This document shows, piece by piece, positions 1-8,756 of a stretch of DNA of 20,515 nt. Origin of the DNA: an uncultured bacterium (lineage in GTDB: Bacteria > Chloroflexota > UBA5177 > JANWHV01); NCBI GenBank assembly GCA_963729625.1, contig CAVSOU010000003.1, positions 1 to 20,515 of the forward strand. The letters run 5' to 3'. The translations under genes were made by a program, and so were the position numbers. The notes below the pieces were generated by a model that saw only the letters and a list, made by a program, of their open reading frames with translations, was not told the DNA's origin and made no database searches. Each line of letters begins with the position of its first letter. Position 1 is the stretch's first letter.

Positions 1-2232
1 ATCGGCATATCCGTCAAGAAGGTCTCCTCCAATTCCGGCGTTGCTTTGCCGGCAGCGGCTCCGGCATTGGCGCCAAAACAGCTGGTGACTCACCTTGGTG
101 GCTAACGGCAGTAGCCGTGCCCGGCCAACCGGATGCCGTAACCAGTCGCGGAGCGGACTCAGCATATCCAGCCTACCCGGCAGTGGATGCGTGGACTCCA
201 CGCGCAATGACACCTGAAGGCGAATATCGCGCGAGGACGCGCCGACCAGGATGTCGAACATCTCGCTGGTGATGGTCCACGCCCCGGCCAGCGGATCGTA
301 GACGGCGAAATCCCGCCACTCCAGCTGGAACGACACCGCTGCTTCCACTCCCGGCTCCAGGGCAACCTTGGCGAATGCTCGCGATCTCGGTCGGGCGGCA
401 GGCGGGGGTGCTGCTCGTGCACATAGAGAGGGCCACTTCGCTGTCAGCGCGCCGACCCGTGTTGCGTATGCGCACCGACACCTGATTCGGTTCGTCGTCG
501 CTCATGACTGGCTTGTCGAGCGTGAGCTCCTCGTAGCTGAACGTCGTGTATGAGAGGCCGTGGCCAAACGAGAACAGCGGAGCCACGTGACGGGCATCGT
601 ACCAGCGGTAGCCAGTCAACAAGCCTTCTCCAAAGACGACGCTTCGGCTGCCGTCATGCGGAAAGCTCAGCAAGGCCGGAGTGTCCTCGATCCGTATAGG
701 GAACGTTTCCGCAAGCTTGCCGGAAGGATTGACATGGCCGATCAGCACTGCCGCGACGCCGGCGCCGCCAGCCTGGCCACCCAGGTATGCCTCGAGAATG
801 GCAGGAACGCGCGCCGCCCAGGGGAGGGCTACCGGCGCTCCGTTGGTCAGCACCACCACGGTACGCGGTTGCACGGCGCGCACTGCTTCCACGAGCGCGT
901 CGTGTGCCGGCGGCAGACGCAAGTCAGCGCGGTCTGCGCCCTCTAGCTCGTAGGATGGAGGCAACCAGACCATCACGACTGCCACGCGCGCGTGTGCCGC
1001 CGCGGCTCGGGCTTCGTCCAGCAGGGCCGCGTTGGAGGTCTCCCCGGTCTCGTCGTATCCTGCGGCGTATGTAACATGTCCCGAGGAGCCGATCAGCGCG
1101 ATAAGCTGTTCATGCACGGTGTCCACGGCGCGTGAAGGCACCACTTGCGAACTGCCCGCGCCCTGGTAGCGCGGCACCCGCGCAAAGGCGCCAATCAGCG
1201 CGACCTCGGCCAATGACTCACCTGCCAGCGGCAACAGATTCCCCTCGTTCTTCAGCAGCACAACGCTCGCCGCGGCCGCGCGGCGTGCCAGGGCGTGATG
1301 GGCAGCCATGTCGACCCTGATGCCGGGTCGGCGGGCAGCGTCTGCCCTGAGAATCATTCTGAGCAACGCACGGGCGATCTGGTCGAGACGAGTTTCTGCC
1401 AGCCGACCCTCGCGAACGGCCTGGACCACCGCCCCGACAGTTGGGCTGCCGGGCATTTGCAGGTGCATTCCCGCGTCCACCGCAGTCGCGCGGTTATTGA
1501 CGGCATACCAGTCGGATACAATGCAGCCGCGATAGCCCCAGTCCTGCTCGACGATCTCATGCAGCAGATGCGGATTCTCCGTGCAGTAGGCACCATTGAG
1601 TCGGTTGTACGCCGCCATCATCGTCCATGGCTGGCTTTCGGCAACGGCAATCTCGAACGGCCGCAGGTAGAGTTCGCGCAATACACGCTCCTCGACCCGC
1701 GAGTCGGTGATCATACGATTGGTCTCACACTCGTTGGCGACCAGGTGCTTGACCGAAGCGCCGACGCCATGTTCTTGCAGGCCGCCGACGAACGCCGCGG
1801 CCAACTTGCCGGTGAGCACGGGGTCCTCGGAGAAGTACTCGAAGTTGCGGCCGCACAGGGGAGAGCGCTTGAGGTTCACGCCGGGGCCGAGCACGATCTG
1901 CACGTCGTTAGCCTGAGCCTCGAGAGCAATGGCCGCGCCCACATCGTGAACAAGTGCAGTGTCCCAGGTCGCGCCCAGCGCCGACTCCGTAGGAAAGCAG
2001 GTCGCGGGGATGTTATGCCCGAGGCTCATGTCCATGCCGCCGCGTGCTTTGCGCAGTCCGGTCGGACCATCCGACAACCAGATGGAAGGGATGCCGAGCC
2101 GCTCGATAGGCTGCGTCGTCCAGACGTCGCGCCCTACGGTCAGGGACGCCTTCTCCTCCAGGGTCATCTGTACGAGCAGCGCTTCAACACGTTTGTTGAG
2201 TTCGTCCGACTAGTACTCCGTTGGTCTGCCAC
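1..2232 (-). pseudogene. GH3 beta-glucosidase with C-terminal fibronectin-III-like domain; frameshifted (pseudogene or sequencing indels); 3' end beyond the window
   Basis: ORF 173..2167 has GH3 motifs: SDGPTGLR, GPGVNLKRSPLCGRNFEYFSEDP, VKH, IVSDW (nucleophile), VLLKN, NPSGKL, GYRWYD, FGHGLSYT. The likely start is GTG at 2232 with AAGGAG upstream; one indel near 2209 joins MADQRSTS to DELNKRVEALLVQMTLEEK. The C-terminus continues in other frames: LYVHEQHPRLP (from ~427), RAFAKVALEPG...FDILVGASSRDIRL (from ~381) and FGANAGA...FLTDMP (from ~77). Confidence 0.92.
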
Positions 2233-2463
2233 GTCGTCCGCTCCTTCCCGATTCCGGTGGTCGTCACTTGTTGCTGTCACGCTCCGCAAATAGGCGTCGG
2301 CAGCAAACCTGCAACGGGCCGCGCGTAACGATGGCCGGCGTTGGCCGCTAGCGCTCAGTCTACCTCGTGGACGGCGGAGCAGATTGGCACAAGAGGTGTG
2401 GGCTCGGCCTCGAGTTGCAGCACGCTGGCTGAGCTTGTTCCTGCGGCGCGGGCAGGGGGAAAC

Positions 2464-2483
2464 GCCGCCCTTGCCGAGGCGGC
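2464..2483 (-). terminator. GC-rich hairpin, possible terminator of the minus-strand transcript from the 78-aa ORF / structured RNA
   Basis: GCCGCC(T)...(G)GGCGGC stem with a U-G pair on the minus strand, followed by GTTTCCC. The U-tract is weak. Confidence 0.35.
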
Positions 2484-2501
2484 CTTTACCGAACGGATTG
2501 G

Positions 2502-2626
2502 CATCGTAGAGCAGATCGGCCCCGAACTTCATGGCTTGGGTTGGCGTTGGACCTTTCCGGAGGGATACGCCAACAGAACCGAAAGCTCCATGGCGCGCGG
2601 GATAGGCCGACGCATCACTCACGATG
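2502..2626 (-). ncRNA. Candidate structured non-coding RNA (long imperfect hairpin), family unknown
   Basis: Nested colinear helices: 2502-2507/2621-2626, 2509-2513/2616-2620, 2516-2521/2605-2610, 2530-2534/2588-2592 and 2540-2547/2567-2574 (8 bp perfect). Several mismatches become G-U pairs only on the minus strand. No credible protein overlaps it. Confidence 0.45.
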
Positions 2627-2942
2627 AAGGGTCGTGCTTGTCCGGGCGCCTAGCCGCCGCCAGGCCAAACGTGTGGCGAGACATTCGTGGACCTGGATCT
2701 GGTCGCGCATCGCTGCGTTCTGAGCCACGGCATTGCTACGACCGGCGCCCTGGGCTTGCCGCGTGCCGCGTACAGCCGGAAGAAATCCCATCCATCGAAT
2801 TTTCTGTTCGGCACGCGAAACGGCCCCACCGCGATCCGCTGGGCACGCAGGCCAACGCCACGACTGCGAAGGCAACTCGCCCCGCGTCGACACTACCGAA
2901 CAGCCGCACGACTGCGTCGCGTGATGACGGCCTTCGATCCTC

Positions 2943-3179
2943 TCAGGCGAGTCGTGGCCGCAGGAGCGTCAGCCGGCGACGTTCATCCGGAGCGGTCCCC
3001 CGAGTCCAATCGCTTATCAGCTTTTCAAGAGCACCGGCCACCAAGGCGTAAGGCGGCCTCCGGTACTCATCGGCAATCTCCTGCAACAGAACTCGGTGGG
3101 CTGACGGTAGCGATTCGATGTAGCGGATTGTCGCTTGCCGCAGCTCCCGTTGCTCGATGGATTCATTAAATGCTGGCAA
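2943..3179 (-). CDS. Small hypothetical protein, possibly ribbon-helix-helix (CopG/Arc/MetJ-like) DNA-binding
   Basis: TTG start with GGAG 5 nt upstream and a good promoter ~60 nt upstream. LPSAHRVLLQEIADEYRRPPYALVAGALEKLI fits the helix A/helix B hydrophobic spacing of RHH proteins (judged by eye). Confidence 0.55.
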   Translation of the reverse strand: MPAFNESIEQRELRQATIRYIESLPSAHRVLLQEIADEYRRPPYALVAGALEKLISDWTRGTAPDERRRLTLLRPRLA

Positions 3180-3239
3180 GGTGTCTCCAAGGTGATCCTA
3201 TGTCCGTCCCATTCGGCCATCAGTTTCATGAACGGTGTG

Positions 3240-3269
3240 ATTCTAGCACACGAATTGCGGCTTTCGCAA
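3240..3269 (-). promoter_or_regulatory. Sigma70-type promoter with extended -10 for the 78-aa ORF
   Basis: Minus strand TTGCGA-N18-TAGAAT with TG one base upstream of the -10. Short inverted repeats overlap both boxes (TTGCG/CGCAA and GTGTG/CACAC). Confidence 0.6.
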
Positions 3270-3588
3270 GGGCATTCGGTGCGATTTGTACGATCCGAAA
3301 CGATCATGGCACAACCTTTGAGTGAGAATGACTCCGACGGATGGCGATCGCGCTGGGGCGACATACCCCAAGCTAGGCTGCTCTCAGCTATGTTAATACC
3401 AGCACGGGAATTGAGCGCCGACCCGAGCACACGGTACGTGCGAGCGCAAACGTCCGGCTGTGACAACCGACTGAGCGGGGCGCCGCACGAAGCCAGAAAC
3501 GTATTGCGCGTGGCAGGGGTGCGGCGTTGTGTTTGAGGCTGCAGGCTGGGGCTGGTTCATGCCAGCTGAATCGAAGGAGAGAGCAACT

Positions 3589-6500
3589 ATGATACGCCGT
3601 CCGGGTCGCGCTGCTCTCGCCAGCAGCGTGCTTTTGTTCCTGCTGCAAGTCCCGCCGATTCAGGATACGGCACGCGCGATCGCGGCGCAGCAGGCCATGG
3701 CCTCGTTCCTCCCTACGCTCAGCCCTGCCGTGGCTCAGGCTCTTTCGGGTCCGGCCACCGATCACGTCATCGTCACGCTGCGCGATCAGTATCCCGCCAC
3801 GAACTCCTCGTTGCGAAGCGAGCGGATTCCGGCGTCCCGGGCGGCTTTGTTGCGCGAGCTCAACGCGGTCGGGGCCAAGTCCTTGCATTCCTACAGGGTC
3901 GTTAATGCGGTAAGTGCCACGATTTCGATCGCAGAGGAGGCGCGGCTGCGCGGCGATCCGGCCGTGCTCAGCGTGGCGGCGGATCGCGTGATTCGTCTGC
4001 TTGCACCTGCGCCAATTGGGCACATCCCGGTGCCGGGTATCGGTAGCAACGACGCCTCTTCGCAGGCATCCGACCCGCTGACTCCTGCCTGCACGACGAG
4101 CAGGACGCCTTCTCTGGAGCCCGAAGCGCTTCAACTGACCGATACGGCCTTCTCCAACCCGAGCGTGGCGCAGGCGCAACGGCTCCGCTCCGGCACGGGC
4201 GCCCTGATCAACGGCCAGGGTGTGAAGGTTGCGTACATTGCCGACGGCGTCGATGTCCACAATCCGGACTTCATACGCAATGGCAAGTCGGTTTTCGTGG
4301 ACTACCAGGACTTCAGCGGGGACGGACCGAACGCGCCTACCGGAGGTGGGGAGGCATTTCTTGACGCGAGCTCCGTCGCGGCGCAGGGTCATCAGGTGTA
4401 TGACGTCAATGCGTGGCTCGTCAATAAGCTAGCCAAGCCGTGCCCGATCCGCATCCTCGGCATGGCGCCAGGCGCCGAGCTGGTCGGGCTCAAGGTGTTC
4501 GGGAGGACAGACGCGACGACCGAGTCGGCGTTCGTGCAGGCCATCGATTATGCTGTCTCCGTGGACAAAGTTGACGTACTCAATGAGTCGTTCGGGGGCA
4601 ACCCGTACCCCGATCTCGCGAATGACCCGATTAGCATGGCCAACAGCAACGCGGTGTCCGCCGGAGTGACCGTCACGGTGTCCAGCGGCGACGCGGGCGC
4701 GGCCAGCACTATTGGCTCACCGGGCACCGACCCGGGGGTGATTGCGGTGGGCGCCAGTACGCAGTTTCGTGCTTATACGGAGGCCGGAAACGACGGGATC
4801 ACCCTTGGCACCGGATACGTCGACAACAATATATCCTCGCTCAGCTCGGGCGGTTTCGCACAAACCGGACCCCGGACGGTCGACGTAGTGGCTCCGGGCG
4901 ATCTCGGTTGGGCCCTCTGTACAGCTACGCTGAAGGGGCCATCGCGCTACTCCGATTGCACCAACGCCAACCAAAAGAAGTCGTCGCCGATCCAATTGAG
5001 CGGGGGCACAAGTGAGGCGGCGCCGCTAACCGCAGGCGAGGCGGCCCTGGTCATCCAAGCGTATCGCAGCACGCATCACCACGCCTCACCCACTCCCGAT
5101 CTGGTGAAGCAAATCATCATGAGCACGGCGACAGACCTCGGCATATCCGCCACGCAGCAGGGTGCAGGGCTCATTGACAGCTACCGTGCAGTGCAAGCCG
5201 CGCTTTCGTACCGAGACTCGGTTGCAACGCCGTCGCCGCGCGCCGGGCGACTGCTGGTCAACGACACGACGGCATTTACGGCGACGGACAAGCCCAACAC
5301 GACTGAACGCCTCGCGTTCGACATTAGGAACGCGGGCAGCCAGGCGCAGCGCATCGCTCCGAAGCTGCTCGCGCTTGACAAGACGGTGTTCCGCGCGGAC
5401 TATGGTCTCCACCTCGACCCGCTTAGCGATCCGCTCACATTCGTCAATCAAGACGGCACGGATCGCGCGTTCGTTGCGCAAACGTTCAAGGTTCCGCCCG
5501 GCGTGCAGAGACTGAACGCATCCATCGCCTGGCTAGCACTGCAGGAGTCCTCGTCCGTAGTCGTTCTCAACTTGTTCGATCCCAGCGGCCGTCTGACTGC
5601 AGTGTCCGACCCACAGAACGCTGCGCCGGGGACCAGCAGTGGGTTCGGCCAGGTCGACGTGAGGACTCCCCGGGCCGGCATGTGGACCGCACTTATCTGG
5701 ACGCGAGCCAGAGCGGTCAGTACGTCGTACTACGGTGCCGTGCTGCTCTCAGTTAGTGGTTTTCGCTACGCGAGCGCCGGCACGGTGACTCCCGCCGAAG
5801 TAACGCTTCCGGCTGGCCATACCGCGACCTTCACCGCCATCACACGCTTGCCAGGCTCTCCCGGCGACCGCGTCGAAGAGATCGTCTTCCCGTCGCCGAG
5901 CGGATCGACGACGCTGATGGGCGCCATACCGGTGACCGAGCGCGCGCTGGTGCCGTTGACGCGCTCAGGCGGCTCATTCTCGGGCACGATTACCGGCGGG
6001 AATGGCCGCGGCGGATCGCCAGGACAGACGCTCAGCTACCAGTTCGACCTGCCGGCGGGGTTGCACAACCTCGGCCTGGGACTGCGCGTCGCCGATCCGA
6101 ACAATAATCTCGAGGCGGTTCTCGTGGATCCGACCGGACAGCCCGTGGACGTGCAGACGACGGCCGGGGCCATAGGCAATTCCGGCCTGCCAACGTACTA
6201 CACAGGGGCGATGCAATTCTACCGCCTCAACCCGATGGCGGGCCGATGGTTGTTCGTGCTGTTTGTCAACGACGCGGTGGGAGCCCTGGCCACGGCGCAG
6301 CCGTTCGAGGCGGTTATCGCCTTCACTGGCGTCCGCATGCTCACTCGCGGCATACCCGATAACGTGCACACACTGCTTCGAGCGGGAAAGGCGGTGAACG
6401 CGGCGGTTTTGGTCGAGAACACCGGGGTAACGGCGAAGGATGTGTTTCTCGACCCACGGCTGGCCGGTACGGCGCGCGTGCCGTTGCAGGCGCCCGATTC

Positions 6501-7086
6501 GTTCAGCTTGACGCTTCCGATCACAGGCAGCCAGTTGCCGGCATTCATCATCCCGCCAGAGGTGGGCAGCGTGACGTTCAACGCTCAGTCACCGACACCG
6601 ATGGCCTTTGCCGTTACGCCATTCAGCGGCACGCCGCCCTTCGGGGGTACGGGCAGCCCGGACACTTACCAATCCAGCGGCCCCAGCATCGATCGGGCCA
6701 CCGGCAATTACGTCGCGTCCCTTACCGTGCAGGCGCCGGAGTTGGCGTCCGGAGCCTGGCAAGCGGAGCCGGAGCAGGTAGGACCCTTCGGCAACGGCGG
6801 CGTAGGGCCGAGCACCTTTGACGTCTCGGCCACGGCTATAGGACAGCCGTTCGATCGCCAGGTGACTACCACAACGACGGACGACATCTGGTCGCCGTTC
6901 GCAACACGTTTCCGTACGATGGTGATTGGGCCGCTTCACGTTCGCGAGCTCGACCTGCGGATTACCCCGGCGGGGCCACCGGGCCACGTGGTGCGCGGAT
7001 ATATCTACCTGGACACGTTCAACCCTAACAGCATCAGTGGAGACGAGCTCGCGGCGATTCCATACGCCTATACGATAGGACGGTAG
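3589..7086 (+). CDS. Secreted subtilase-superfamily serine protease (S8-like architecture, S53-type Glu-Asp-Ser motifs) with I9-like propeptide and repeated C-terminal beta-domains
   Basis: ATG at 3589 with AAGGAG at 3574-3579. Signal peptide ends near TARA. Propeptide features include VIVTLRDQ and HSYRVVNAVSATIS. Catalytic-domain motifs: GQGVKVAYIADGVD, GGEAFLD, GMAPGAELVGLKVF, VDVLNESFG, SSGDAG, VIAVGAS, DVVAPG, SGGTSEAAP, QGAGLID. Confidence 0.92.
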   Translation: MIRRPGRAALASSVLLFLLQVPPIQDTARAIAAQQAMASFLPTLSPAVAQALSGPATDHVIVTLRDQYPATNSSLRSERIPASRAALLRELNAVGAKSLHSYRVVNAVSATISIAEEARLRGDPAVLSVAADRVIRLLAPAPIGHIPVPGIGSNDASSQASDPLTPACTTSRTPSLEPEALQLTDTAFSNPSVAQAQRLRSGTGALINGQGVKVAYIADGVDVHNPDFIRNGKSVFVDYQDFSGDGPNAPTGGGEAFLDASSVAAQGHQVYDVNAWLVNKLAKPCPIRILGMAPGAELVGLKVFGRTDATTESAFVQAIDYAVSVDKVDVLNESFGGNPYPDLANDPISMANSNAVSAGVTVTVSSGDAGAASTIGSPGTDPGVIAVGASTQFRAYTEAGNDGITLGTGYVDNNISSLSSGGFAQTGPRTVDVVAPGDLGWALCTATLKGPSRYSDCTNANQKKSSPIQLSGGTSEAAPLTAGEAALVIQAYRSTHHHASPTPDLVKQIIMSTATDLGISATQQGAGLIDSYRAVQAALSYRDSVATPSPRAGRLLVNDTTAFTATDKPNTTERLAFDIRNAGSQAQRIAPKLLALDKTVFRADYGLHLDPLSDPLTFVNQDGTDRAFVAQTFKVPPGVQRLNASIAWLALQESSSVVVLNLFDPSGRLTAVSDPQNAAPGTSSGFGQVDVRTPRAGMWTALIWTRARAVSTSYYGAVLLSVSGFRYASAGTVTPAEVTLPAGHTATFTAITRLPGSPGDRVEEIVFPSPSGSTTLMGAIPVTERALVPLTRSGGSFSGTITGGNGRGGSPGQTLSYQFDLPAGLHNLGLGLRVADPNNNLEAVLVDPTGQPVDVQTTAGAIGNSGLPTYYTGAMQFYRLNPMAGRWLFVLFVNDAVGALATAQPFEAVIAFTGVRMLTRGIPDNVHTLLRAGKAVNAAVLVENTGVTAKDVFLDPRLAGTARVPLQAPDSFSLTLPITGSQLPAFIIPPEVGSVTFNAQSPTPMAFAVTPFSGTPPFGGTGSPDTYQSSGPSIDRATGNYVASLTVQAPELASGAWQAEPEQVGPFGNGGVGPSTFDVSATAIGQPFDRQVTTTTTDDIWSPFATRFRTMVIGPLHVRELDLRITPAGPPGHVVRGYIYLDTFNPNSISGDELAAIPYAYTIGR

Positions 7087-7116
7087 GGCAGGGTGCTCGG
7101 CGTGGCCGTTGGGCTT

Positions 7117-7136
7117 AGCCCCGCCACGCTGGGGCT
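7117..7136 (+). terminator. Short hairpin after the protease gene
   Basis: AGCCCC-N8-GGGGCT, 30 nt after the stop. No U-tract. Confidence 0.25.
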
Positions 7137-7272
7137 CGGTCGCGATAGTTGTTCACAGCAGATGGAGCAGATGCGCTGGTTGCCGCTGCCCGCCTCAGGC
7201 TGAAGCCACCCAGCTCGCGGCAGTTAGGTGCTGTTGCGCCGCGTGGCTGACCATGACAGTTCGGAATTCGCG

Positions 7273-7300
7273 GTGTCATCAAGCGGGCCTCCTATACAAT
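7273..7300 (+). promoter_or_regulatory. Possible promoter for the P450 gene
   Basis: GTGTCA-N16-TACAAT, 60 nt upstream of the ATG at 7360. Confidence 0.3.
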
Positions 7301-7359
7301 GAGAAGCAGTGCCGCGCCCCTGCACGCGGCGGTGCTTGCCGCTTGGAGATTCGACGAAG

Positions 7360-8613
7360 ATGCCGTGCTCGCACATTTGCTCTGATCCGGACCTGGATGC
7401 GTGTCTGGTGTCGCCCGAGATCATGCTCGACCCGTACCCGATCTATCGCCGTCTGCGCGAGGAGGCGCCAATCTTCTGGAGCCAGAAGTGGAACGCCTGG
7501 GTTCTCAGCCGCTACGATGACGTGGCCGCCTCGTTACGGGACAATGAGAATCTGTCCAACGAAAACCGGCAGGCCCTGCTATTCAGCGAGTTGACTGAGA
7601 GCGAACGGCAGGACCTTGCGCCTCTGCAGCACTACTTTGCGCAGAAAGACGTGATTGGATCGGACCCGCCGGATCACACGCGAATGCGCGGGCTGGTGCA
7701 AAAAGCATTCACGCCAAAAGTGATCGCGTCGCTCGAGCCGCGGATCCGCAACCTGGCCCAAGACTTGTTGGAGCAAGCGATGCGGTCGGGGCCGAGTTTC
7801 GACTTCGTCGCACAGATCGCCCATCCAATGCCCGTCATTCTCATAGCCGAGCTTCTCGGCGCCCCGGCACAGGATCGCCCGTTGTTCAAGCGTTGGTCAG
7901 CCGACATTCTTGGGTTCCAGGGCACTGGCCGGACGACCTACACCGCGGCCGTGACGTCGCAGGCCAGCCTGCTAGCCATGTTCGCGTACATGAATCGACT
8001 GATCGATCGGCGGCGCGTCCAGCCGCAAGATGACCTGATCACTGCGCTTGCACAAGCGGAGGTCGGTGGCCAGCAGTTCACGCGCGCCGAGTTGCTGGCC
8101 ACCTGCAATACCATCCTGACGGCAGGACACGAGACGACCACAAACCTTCTTGGTAATCTCTTTCACCTGCTGATGGCACATTCGGCGCAGTGGGAGCACC
8201 TGCGTGCCGATCGCAGCCTCCTGCCCGGCGCAATCGAAGAAGCATTGCGTTTTGACGCGCCAAAGCAGCGGAACTTTCGCAGAGTGCGCCAGACACACGT
8301 CGTGGATGGAGTTACCTTCAGCGAGAACGAGATGGTGTTCCAATTGATCGGCGCCGCGAATCGCGATCCGCTGCAGTTCGCCCACGCCGATACGTTTGAT
8401 ATTACTCGCGGCCGGCAAAACAGCCATCTCTCATTCGGTGCAGGGATTCACTTCTGCTTGGGAGCACCCCTAGCGCGAACCGAAGCAACGGCGGTGCTTG
8501 AGGCCGTCCTCGAGCGCGTGCCCAGGGCCCGGCTGGGGCCCGGGTCGGTGCGCTGGCAGGCGCGCGTACAATTCCGGGGACCGGCGGAACTGTGGCTTGC
8601 GACCGGCGCGTGA
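7360..8613 (+). CDS. Cytochrome P450
   Basis: DPYPIYRRLREEAP, DPPDHTRMRGLVQKAFTP, I-helix AGHETT, ExxR (EEALR), AANRDP and heme motif HLSFGAGIHFCLG. Start placed at ATG 7360 (GGAG at 7345-7348). Confidence 0.97.
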   Translation: MPCSHICSDPDLDACLVSPEIMLDPYPIYRRLREEAPIFWSQKWNAWVLSRYDDVAASLRDNENLSNENRQALLFSELTESERQDLAPLQHYFAQKDVIGSDPPDHTRMRGLVQKAFTPKVIASLEPRIRNLAQDLLEQAMRSGPSFDFVAQIAHPMPVILIAELLGAPAQDRPLFKRWSADILGFQGTGRTTYTAAVTSQASLLAMFAYMNRLIDRRRVQPQDDLITALAQAEVGGQQFTRAELLATCNTILTAGHETTTNLLGNLFHLLMAHSAQWEHLRADRSLLPGAIEEALRFDAPKQRNFRRVRQTHVVDGVTFSENEMVFQLIGAANRDPLQFAHADTFDITRGRQNSHLSFGAGIHFCLGAPLARTEATAVLEAVLERVPRARLGPGSVRWQARVQFRGPAELWLATGA

Positions 8614-8756
8614 CCTGCGCAACTGGAGACCACGGCGGCCAGGTTGAAACCGCTGCCATGTTTCACAGTGGAACTCGGCGATGCAGACACGCCGGCGCGT
8701 AAGCCGGTACAGAGAAGACGGTGGTCTGCAAGGCCAGGAGCCAGGAGGGACTGGCG

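Noticed and set aside
1295-2293. Long antisense ORFs (also 3388..4392, 9516..10658, 13658..14686, 16617..17576)
   Set aside because: Shadow frames opposite real GC-rich genes.
2400-2460. Lysine-riboswitch-like AGAGGTG followed by plus-strand hairpins
   Set aside because: Lacks the loop-E AGUA/GAA and later conserved elements, and no lysine-related gene lies downstream.
2502-2626. SRP (4.5S) RNA or RNase P identity, suggested by CCGGAAAGG and AACAGAACC
   Set aside because: The SRP CAGG/AGCA loop and the RNase P GAGGAAAGUCC motif are absent.
2455-2909. ORF-less group II intron starting at GTGCG (2909-2905, minus strand)
   Set aside because: No domain V hairpin with an AGC/CGC triad and no domain VI end could be found.
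2859-2916. 10-nt direct repeat CACGACTGCG x2 as a CRISPR remnant
   Set aside because: Only two short copies and no cas genes.
2341-3051. 236-aa plus-strand ORF and overlapping ORFs 2164..2622, 2615..2893, 2687..3169
   Set aside because: No RBS or recognisable domain, Arg/Ala/Ser-rich composition typical of GC-rich non-coding frames, and overlap with better-supported features.
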